Assembly (NCBI RefSeq): GCF_009834535.1
Contig: NC_045697.1
Location: forward strand, 102,550,001 to 102,614,000
DNA length: 64,000 nt
DNA from: Camelus ferus
Lineage: Eukaryota
Direction of reading: 5' to 3'
Made by a program: the position numbers and the translations under genes
Shown here: positions 13,167 to 22,967 of the stretch, piece after piece
Numbering within the stretch: position 1 is the stretch's first letter
Layout of the letters: every line of letters starts with the position of its first letter
The notes under the pieces: model-generated
The model's input: the letters and a program-made list of their open reading frames with translations, nothing else
The model's database searches: none
What the model was told of the DNA's origin: nothing

Positions 13167-13304
13167 GGGGTGGGAATAGCAGAGTGCATGCTTAGCACCC
13201 ACAGGGTCCTGGGTCCAATCCCTAGTACCTCCATTAAAATAAATAAATAAATACATACATACATACATTTTGTTTAAAAAAAAATTGTAACAACAACAAA
13301 AAAG
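13167..13304 (+). mobile_element. tRNA-derived SINE (camelid type), A-box partly deleted
   Basis: ggggtgggaatagc-agagtgcatgcttagca...gtcctgggtccaatccctagtacctcc plus A-rich tail; TSD gaatcttgtttc at 13153-13164 and 13305-13316. Confidence 0.9.
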
Positions 13305-13731
13305 GAATCTTGTTTCCCAGGTCACTGGCATTCAGGCATATGGCAGAACTAATATACTTGGTCACTAAAAGGAGCTAGAAAAGTGTACTGACCCCATGGT
13401 CTTCCCTCTGTCCCTCTCTCCCAGCACAGAGTCTAGTCCTGGAGGGGAAGTATCATTCTATCATTCTCTGGATGAAGGTGGGGTTTTTTTTTTTCATACT
13501 CAGATACTTTTTAGTACCCCTCTCCAAACAAATACTGTCTTTAAGTACTTTCTCCTCACATGAGGATTTCAGAGTAGTCACCCACATTCTGGACTGTATT
13601 AATTTTCTCTTTGGAAGCCAGGTCTGTGACACATCAGTTACTTATGATGAGTTTTATTTTAAACACTTCATTGTGTTTTTTCAGGCAAAAGCGTATTTTC
13701 ATCGTAGGTGTATGGTATGTTTTTGTTATAG

Positions 13732-13862
13732 GAATTTCTTAACTCTCCAGCAAAGTCCTGTGAGCAAGCAGTGGCAAGAAAAACCACTCTGTCTTGGCAA
13801 CGGTGGTTCCTGTCGAGGTTACTTTTCAGGTCACATCCTGGGATTTGGAGAAGACGAATTAG
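13732..13862 (+). CDS. HHIP: HHIP exon 10 equivalent
   Basis: ttatag|G...TTAG|gtactg; 131 nt; NFLTLQQSPVSKQWQEKPLCLGNGGSCRGYFSGHILGFGEDEL (inside ORF 13472..13975). Confidence 0.97.
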
Positions 13863-16037
13863 GTACTGTACAAATTCTTTCTGTTAAGTTCCATTCTCAA
13901 ACCTTGCCCAAGAGGCTTTGTTCTGCTCTGAGGAATAAATATAACACTCTCATCCTCCATTTGCTGGAAATGTAACCTACAGCAAAAGTGACCTACTGGG
14001 GAGATTCGAGATGGTTTAGTTCAGTATTCTCTTCCAATAAACTTTCTCTGGGGAGTCTTTAAATCTTATCTCCACTCCAGAAATATGACAGTAACAAAGC
14101 GGGAAAATGGGAGGCAGGAACAAATGAGAATTTTTGAGTCCTGAAGAGAGAGAAAATTTTAAATGTCTGGATATTCTGATGCAGCTGGGTCATATGTTGA
14201 TATTCTCCACCTGAAAACCTTTGCACTTATCTGTGTCTCTTGGAATAAATAAAAAATTTGTTACAATTTGAATTTCACTTTATCCTTTATTTTCTAATTT
14301 TTTTTCTGCATGAAATTTGTGCAAGATAATCTGAGTGTGTAGGTCTGCTTTCCAAGAGAATGGAAATTATCTTCTCACTGATGGTCTTACAGGATAACAT
14401 ACAATTTATTTGTTGGTATATTATCAAAATCTCTGCAGCTTAACAAGCAAAAAGAAGTTGATATTGGAATGTTACCCACCAAAGAGTGGAAATGCTACCA
14501 ATTTTAAATTTCAGAGATAAATGTGGCTTATGAAATGACTTCTTTTAAAGAACAATATCCAAACAAACTATGGTTATCATGCTCCTTTAGCCTCGGAGAT
14601 AAATTTCTAGATATTAAGGGAGAATAGCTGTATAGCTGTATTTCCCACCTAAATCAGAATATTTTCTCTAAACCTGCAGATTTGGCTTCCTATATCAAAC
14701 AGAGAATTTGTCGGAAATGCCCTATGACATTCACTTAGGTTACCAAGGGTCTCAGACAAGGTTCCTGAAACACAAAACACAGATTTAACAGCCACAGGAA
14801 TATAATGATTCAGAGAAGTCCAACCTGTCTCTTCCTTGTTCTAGAACTGAAAGCACCTTGCAATTAATTTTCCCTTGAAATTCTCCCACCCTATTCAGAG
14901 GAACCAGAAAGATGCCCTTTCTCACGTCAATCCTCTGTAATGTAATTTAAATGTCATTAGCAAACTCTGATTTTAAAATATATGTTAAGATCAAATTGTA
15001 GCAGAGTTAGAGATGAGTATTTAGATGTTCTGACTGAACCATTTTGATTTCCCCAGACCTTACTACAGATTTTTGCCATCATTCATCCTGTTAGCATCAC
15101 CCTGACTGGTTAAAATAACCAAATGTCAACCCACACTTAATACAATGTTGGGGGGAGAACCAAGAAATAAAGCATACACAATTCTTACTTTCCAAAAGCA
15201 ACAACATCATGTATACTTCATAATTTAAAATAAATATACCTCCACTGAATTACTCTTTAATGTGAAACTCTTTGGCTTTAATTAAGAGCCATATAAGAAA
15301 ATGAGTTAGATTTTGCATTTTTTTTAAATAAAAAGCATTGAGAATCTTTTTTTCTATGCGTATGGGGGTGTATTTTTAATTATAAAATGAGGATGGGTTT
15401 GCTATAAGGGTTAAATGCAGTGAACTACATAAAATACTTGATGAAATAAATATGAATTTTTTGCTTACATTCCTTTGCTTTTTAACTTCATTTTTATTTT
15501 TTTGGTTGTATCTGTATTTTTAATGTAAATTCCATGACATCCTTTCCAGAAGTAAGAAAGCAGTATGGTTTGCTTAATACACAGTAATAGAGTGGAATAG
15601 AGAAATATAGACTAACTCAAGGACTGTTTCATGGATGAGAACCAAATATAAGTTTTAAAGCCTTGTAAACATATAATCACAAATACAGCTTCTAATTCCT
15701 TATTCATGTGATCCGTTCTATATAGTGAATTACGTGGAAGTAATGGTAATAAACAAAAGCGGTTCTCTCCTGAGAGCGTGCTCTGTCTGTGGCGGTTCAT
15801 CATGGGGAACACAGCGTAACACCAAGAACTAGAGGCATGGGGTTGAGACTGAGTACCAGGGTCTCTCTGTCTCTCTCCCCAGATATTTATTCTAATATAT
15901 TTTGTTTAAAAATTTAACAATTAAAGAGGAGTGCCCAACTCCCTCTGGTATCAAATGATCAATTAATAGTGACAACTTGGCAACAAAACTTTTCAATCTT
16001 GGGTGGAATAAATCACAATAAAACTCACCATTGCACA

Positions 16038-16790
16038 CTCATTCTACCAATATTTATCGAGCACCTGTTCTGTGCATAGCTCTGTTCTAGGAGTTGGGGC
16101 TGCGGTAGCAAATAAGACTAAAAAAAATTTAAACAGTGGTCATGAAATTTCTATCCTAAAGGAGGACAATACAAATATTTTTTTAAAAAATATGTTGTAT
16201 GTTAGTTCGTACTAAAGTGCTTAGGAGGAAAACCAAGTTGTAAAGAGGGGTAGAGATTGCTTGGAATTGGGGAAAATGCACTTTTAAATAGTATGGTCAG
16301 GAAAAATGATATTTCAGCACAGACTTGAAAGAGGGAAAAAAATGCAGCTAGTGGCAGTCCACTGACACACAGGAGCCTAGGGCAGGAACCTCCCTCTAGG
16401 TTCAAAGTCAAGAAGCCAGCGAGGTCAGAAAGAGGTGACCGAGGGGGCAAAACATTGCAGATGGGGTCAGAACGGTTAGGATGGACACCATAGGTGAAGG
16501 CCTATGGTCAGGACTTACCTTTGCTCAGAGAGAGGTGAGAAGTCATCAGAGGGCATTGAAACAGGAATGTGATCCAGTTTCTATGATCTAACTTGCCTTT
16601 TAAGGAATCTCTGTTGTTGGTATGTTGAGAGTAAACATAGACGAGTAAGAGCAGAAGCAGGGAGCTCCGTCAGGAGGCTGTGGCCATAATCCAGGTGAGA
16701 GATTAATATCTGCTCGCTCTGGAGTAGTAGGAGGATGTGGGGAGAAATGACCAGCATCTGGATGCGCTGTGAGGATGGACTTGTGAAACT
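16038..16790 (-). mobile_element. L2 LINE 3' fragment
   Basis: aatatttatcgagcacctgttctgtgc...tgttctagg and later caggaggctgtggccataatccaggtgagaga, typical L2. Confidence 0.65.
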
Positions 16791-16960
16791 CTCACCATCT
16801 TCAGGCAAGTGATCTTCCTGAGGATGTATGAATATATCATATATAGACATACACGTGCATTTACACATATGTTTTATATACATATAAAATGTCTACTAGG
16901 CAATAGAAAGTAAGGCCCTGTAATACGGCAGATTAACTAACTCTACTTCTCTCTTCATAG

Positions 16961-17042
16961 GTGAAGTTTACGTTCTATCAAGTAGCAAAAGTATGACCCA
17001 GACTCACAATGGAAAACTCTACAAAATTGTGGATCCCAAAAG
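16961..17042 (+). CDS. HHIP: HHIP exon 11 equivalent
   Basis: tcatag|GT...AAAAG|gtgagt; 82 nt; (G)EVYVLSSSKSMTQTHNGKLYKIVDPK(R). Confidence 0.97.
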
Positions 17043-17126
17043 GTGAGTTTCTTTTTTTTTAATATTCCTTTATATCAAAGATACTCTTCTCCAAGTTATT
17101 TTAGTGCATTCAAATTAGTGATAGAG

Positions 17127-17385
17127 GAGAGGGGATAGCTCAGTGGTAGAGTGTGTGCTTCATATGCACAAGGTCCTGGGTTCAATCCTCCGGACCTCTG
17201 TAAAAAATAAATAAATTACCTAATTACCTCTTCCTTCCACAATAAATAAATAAATACTTCTGTTTAAAAATATAAAAAGATAAAATGCATTTTCCTTTTC
17301 ATCTGACTGTCCCATACATAGAATTAGGATGTGGTACTTGAATCTAATTACAAGTACCAACTGAAACCTAAAAAAAAAAAAAAAA
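17127..17385 (+). mobile_element. tRNA-derived SINE with extra 3' sequence and second poly(A)
   Basis: A box tagctcagtgg, B box ggttcaatcc; perfect 15-bp TSD aaattagtgatagag at 17112-17126 and 17386-17400. Confidence 0.9.
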
Positions 17386-19709
17386 AAATTAGTGATAGAG
17401 TTGCAATTAGCAATTAACAGATAAACATTTCTGCCATGTCCATCTGCTCAGTGCTGTCCTGCAAGGATCCTCAGTTCCAGCCTCTGAGGCCAGACCTGAA
17501 CATCCTGAACTTTAAAGCCTGACTGGGGTCATGATCGTGTCATTATCGTTATCAACAGGGAGCAGCGTTATTTTTGTGGCCTCGGGGTCCTCAGGAAAAT
17601 GTCAGAGGAGGACCCTGATGTATGAGGCAGTGGCTTCCGCTCTCATGTTGGGAGCGATTAAACCCTCCTTTCCTTTCGAGAAAACTAGGAACATACTGGC
17701 AGACGTTCCATCTGCTCGTGTGATTTTTGTTAGGTCATTGGGCTAAGTTAACAGTTTAGCTCTGGAGCCTCGTTTCACAGCTGTCTGGAAGCTCACAGCC
17801 TCCGTGACAAACAAATGAAAACTATGGAAGTATTTTGTTGTTTATTTCAGCAAAAGGAAGATGGGACTGTTTTAATCCTGTAAAGAATATAATTTTCCCT
17901 CCCCTGCTCTTCTCCAGCCACCCAGCTTCAACACACACACACCTTTCGAATGATCTGGACTCATTATTAGTCAGCTGTTACTTTTGTGGATAAAATCGGA
18001 ACTATGAGAACCTGCTAAAAGTATATACTGGCAAATAGAGATTAGTCGTAAGTTTAGAAACAGCTATCACAGGATCTCAGTATCCTCACAGATACAACTA
18101 CCGGTGAACACCAGTGGTGGTCAGACTCTAGCTCTGCTGTGCTGGGAATTTCTGATTCTTTCCAGGCTAACTTAGCTTCATGAACCTGTTTGCAAATTCA
18201 GAGTCCCCTTTTGGGAGAATAAATTTCAACAATCTGAAAAATTTACTGAAAGCCTTCATTTAATTCCACTTGTAGGTTATAAATTGTGTATGTTTTTCTG
18301 AAAAAAAATCACTAACACACGGAGATTCTTGTCCTTTTTCCATCCCATAAAACACTATCTTTCCTATGAAAAATATAGGCTGACATTGGTACTGCAGAAC
18401 AGAAAGAGGAATAATCAACACTAAATGGGCTCTCTGTGATAGAGTATCACATAGCCCCATCTGTCACACAGTGGTAGGTGTAGGCGTCCTCCTCTATTTA
18501 ACAGTACACGTTTTCTTTCACAGCAAGGGAAGTACCCATCTATACATTGTAAGGGTTTTTGCCCTCTTTGAGTTTGAAACCAGTGTCCCGTGAGAACAAA
18601 AGTAATGAATGAAAAAAAAAAAATCAGACACTTAGATGATTGTCGAAGTTGTCAATATTAAGAACAAAAATCAAGCTAATGTTAATTCATAAAATAGCAG
18701 CATTCTAATGATTCATAATGAGGTCTGGGGACTTCACTCAGATCTAACGCCATTCTCTTCAAAATAGTCATTGTTATTCCATTATGTTTGTCAAAGTTAC
18801 TACGCTTTTGCAAGCTTTCTGGGAGTGTTACTAATTCTCCCTGACCTTCATAAAAAAAATGTTTCTCTCTTCATCTGGATTGTTTAGTCTGTTGCTGGTG
18901 AGTTGAGGTGAATTTTACACCTTCAATCCATTATTAGTGTCTAATTACCGGGGTTGCCATGAGGGACCTTGGCTTTGTGATCTTGGGGCCTCCACTCATA
19001 GGGTGGTCTCCGAGTGACATACCTGAAAGGCCCAACTTCTCATTATGGTGCCTGTTTCTGGTGAGTCGTGTCATGTGTGGGGCTGGGGTTAAGATGTGTG
19101 TTTGGTTTTCAGAAGGTGGGGGGGGGGGTGTAACAGGGTCCCGAAGACACCGTCCTTGTACACAGGCATAGGCATACATTTCAAAATTAAACTGACTGTA
19201 AGAAAACACGTGTTTTCATAAACATTTGTCGGGAGCCTCATGCTGTTTCGATTTGGACGCCGACGTTTGTTATTCTAGTGGCTCTCTCTCGATGAGCTGA
19301 AGTTCTGTATAAGCAGACACTTTCGTGCATGTCAACGGGATTATTTTGGAAACACGAGCTAATTACAAGCCTAGCAGTGTTCAGGACGTCTGCTTCAGAG
19401 GAAAACTGTTTTTCTAAAACGTTTCAGGGAGAATTTGAAGAAAGAGCCGCATCAGCTGAAAAACCAATACCTGGACATTTCTTGCTACATCAAAAATCTA
19501 ACTCCAGTTAAAATTTTAGATTAACTGAATTCTTGTGGAAGAGTTCCAGACTTGTTAGAATAATGTTTTCAGAATAAACTTCAAACATCAATTGACTCAA
19601 GGCTCTGGAAGAGAATAACTACCAATTATAAATTTTTTATATCCTGTATTATGTGTCATGGAAGTTACATTCTTATGAACAAACATAGGATTTATATTTT
19701 TCTTTTTCC

Positions 19710-19711
<2 letters not shown>

Positions 19712-19740
<29 letters not shown>
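19712..19740. repeat. (AC)14 microsatellite
   Basis: Perfect dinucleotide run. Confidence 0.95.
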
Positions 19741-19865
19741 AGAAAGATAAAGAAAGAGTTTAGAAACCATATGCAAATATTCTTGAGTCCTTTTGCAAGA
19801 GTGCACAAGGTTCCAGAATTACCACCTCAGTCTGTAAGGCCAGTTTGGTCTAAGGTTTTATGTAA

Positions 19866-21178
19866 CTGTTGCTTATCTGTTCCCCACCCAAGTCACATAC
19901 ATAAGTTTACAATCATTTACAGTGGGCCTTCTCAGAAAAGGATGGCAAGATAACTTGTTATAAAAACACAAAGACCATTCTTTATAATGAAAGAGATGAC
20001 AATTCAGTGAGAATACAGCGAGCTTTCTCTAAGGCTCAGCTAGAACTCAGGAGTCATTGGAGGAACAAGCAGAGGAGGGATGGGTTCTGCCTCCATGTTA
20101 AAACCGTGACCACACTTCAGGAATGTCGTCAGAGGTGGAATGGCTGCATCTGATGGCAGAGTGGAGTTGGGATGAAGTCAGTACCCATTACCCTCCCAGC
20201 TTGCTGGGCCAACTCATCGGGTCCCACAAAGTCTTGAGTACTGGGTGCTGCCTGCCCTGGTCTGGGACGCTCCCTCAGCCAGCAGATTTCAGTCCACTGA
20301 GCACAGGAGCTGGGCGGTAATTTTAGTTTCACTTAATAGTGCATCTGAGGCTAGTCAAGACGAGGAGCAAGTCTGTCCTGGCAGGACAGGGAATCAAATG
20401 GTCTTGCCCCTGGATCTTCCTTAGTGTGGGACATCCCATTAACTTATGTCACCATACGGGGCCCCTTTGCCTGTCATTCTGCCCCCGCCTCATTTCTGCA
20501 GAGCGCTGTGAAGATAATTAAATCATATATTTAAAGCATATTCAACTCTTTAGTATCATTGGTGTTCATCCTATGAATTCAAGAGTTATTTTCAGGTGAT
20601 TGCTTAACTTTTGAGGTGGGGTCTTAGTTCCAAAACTGGGGTCAGGGTGTCCCTGGAATTTTAAATAGCTCTGAATACCTAGTTTTCAAATGTCCAAGTC
20701 ATGTCTTGGATGCTTTCTCTTTTTTAAATATTTATTTATTTATTTAATTGGGGGGAGTATTTATTTATTTAAGTGGAGGTGCTGGGGATTGAACCCAGGA
20801 CCTCAGGCATGCTAAGCAAGCACTCTAACCACTGAGCTATACCCTCTCCCCTTGGATGCTTGCTCTTTGATAAATCTTTTCAGAATCAAACAGATGCTCC
20901 TGGGGGATGGAAATTAAAGAATCCTGACAGAGTTATGAACTTTCCCAGCTTTATTTTTGTAGAACACAATTTTTTTTCACACGATTGACAAAGATCCTTT
21001 GACGTTTTGTTTCAGATGAACTTAAACTAAATGATCTTTTTTGATTTGGAAATGTTTCCAGGATTATTTCTCCAGGAACTTGTAGAACAAAATTATTCTT
21101 AAATATGTTGATTGAATTACTGTGCACCTAGTCTTATGTATTTTACCTGTTGCTTATCTGTTCCCCACCCAAGTCACA
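19866..21178 (+). repeat. Exact 32-bp direct repeat (19866-19897 and 21147-21178)
   Basis: ctgttgcttatctgttccccacccaagtcaca occurs twice, 1281 bp apart. Confidence 0.9.
20716..20850 (-). mobile_element. tRNA-derived SINE (camelid type)
   Basis: Reverse complement of the SINE head (ggattgaacccaggacctc...ccactgagctataccctctcccc); TSD cttggatgctt 20705-20715 / 20851-20861. Confidence 0.9.
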
Positions 21179-22007
21179 CAGCCCATTCCCCGAAGAGGTC
21201 TATAAATTAACAATGCAGATTCCCGGCTTCAGAGGTCATTTTATAGAAATGTCATGTCGCTGACTCCCATGTGACCATATCAGGAACTGTCCCTCCTGCC
21301 TCCTCCCCGCTCCTCCCCTCGACGGCCCCACTTACTGCTCTTTGTTTATTTTTTTCTTAATATCTTCATCCTACTCCTTATACTGGATGCTAAAGAGGGC
21401 TTTTTCTTTTTTCTCACGAAAATCACTTTGTGAGAGGAAATCAGTTCTGTTTATCCTTCACATATGTCTCAGGGAGCCGGCAGGCAGCTCTGCCATCCTA
21501 AAGAAAGCCATGCATAATGGAGAGGGTTTAGCCCAATAAGCCAGTCTGGTCCCAATTCATCAGTCAAAGTTTTATGCAAGTGGCCTCCCTGGGTTGATAA
21601 ATCCCCCCAGTGCCTGTTGACCCAGCTGCCAAGTCCTCTTGCTGCAGGCGGTGTTTTCATGGCCACCCTGACAGTAATACAAACTGTTTAGCAGCTCCAT
21701 TGACCTTTCAGCTATTAACAGGGACATAGGCTCAACGAGGGACTAGTTTTCAAACATGACAGAATTTCTTAACACTAGAGGTCATGAACAAGTATATGCC
21801 CTATAAAAATCCATTCAGCATGGTGGATTTGAAGTCTAAAAGACAGGGAAGCATGTTCCACATTTTTGCTCTTTATTTTCCTACACGTCCAATAACTAAA
21901 AATGGTATACGCTTATCTCACCAGCTTATGTTTTATTCTCAGTGTGCTACATCTTAGGTTGTGGTGCACAATACTTCCTAAGCTGTCAGATAGCTTCTGA
22001 AATTTTT

Positions 22008-22110
22008 TTTTATGTTATTTATTTTTTAAGTTTTGGGAGGTACTAGGGATTGAACCCAGGACCTTGTGCATGCTAAGCACTCACTCTTCCACTAAGCTAT
22101 ACCCTCCCCC
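22008..22110 (-). mobile_element. tRNA-derived SINE (camelid type)
   Basis: Reverse-complement SINE head; TSD cttctgaaattttt at 21994 and 22113. Confidence 0.9.
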
Positions 22111-22779
22111 AACTTCTGAAATTTTTAAGATCTATTATAAGAGAACGGGACAAGATCAAAGTAAACATTTCTAATGAATGGATGAGCACCTATACGTAAT
22201 ATACGGTAGTGGCTTAAGTGTAACTGGAGTTTTATTCATGCTTTCCCAAGATTTGTGTATGCGTCCATAGGTACACAAACACACTTAAACATACTCAGGT
22301 ATTCCACACAATGCTATGTAGAGCCATCACTTACTTAAAAACATATAGAAAATATTATATCATAATTTATAAAAAAGATTTATCTAAATAACCATGTTAT
22401 TTTAAAAGCTTATACTCTAAGGCTTCCTACAGTTATATCTTATTTTCTGAAGATGTGACATGGGACCACAGCATCCAAGGGAATTTTCTGCTTTATACTG
22501 ATAGTAGTCTTTCTTAAACTATCCATTTTGAATATTGGAATATCAGTTTGTAGAGTAATTGTACAAATTGCTATGAAAACATGATTGAATTGCCACTTAT
22601 AAGTGGCATTTGTTAAAAATACCTAACATGGAGATTATGAATAATTAAAAATATATTCTTCAAAAAGGGATTCATTTGTTAAGAGTCAAAAACTCTTAAA
22701 AGCGTTTCTTTTTAACACCCATGTTTCTTCCCTGCCTGGGACAGTGGTAGAAATCTGATATTATTTATTGCAACTTCTA

Positions 22780-22967
22780 TTTTTTTTAATTGAAGTATAG
22801 TCAATTTACAGTGTTGTGTCAATTTCTGGGGTACAGCATAGTGATTCAGTTATATATCCATTTCTTTTCATATTCTTTTTCATTATAGGCCATTACAAGG
22901 CATTGAATATATTTCCCTGTGCTGTACAGCAGACCTTATTATTAATCTATTTTATATATAGTAGTAT
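22780..22967 (-). mobile_element. L1 3' end, 5'-truncated
   Basis: ttttttaattgaagtatagtcaatttaca...ttccctgtgctgtacag, reverse complement of the same L1 tail. Confidence 0.85.

Noticed and set aside
13667..13731. Strong-looking upstream acceptor (ttttttcag, 13684) before exon 10; a similar one at 34463 before exon 13
   Set aside because: Use would add 47 nt (or 34 nt) and shift the frame; no evidence of use.
13472..13975. 167-aa ORF, the longest in the track
   Set aside because: It is HHIP exon 10 plus open intronic flanks, not a separate gene.
17127..17200. tRNA-like sequences with A and B boxes (also 40407, 49557, 52943 and others)
   Set aside because: They have A-rich tails, TSDs and broken stems, so they are SINEs and not tRNA genes.
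19079..19138. G11 run with nearby G tracts, possible G-quadruplex
   Set aside because: Loops are long and irregular; most simply a homopolymer slippage.
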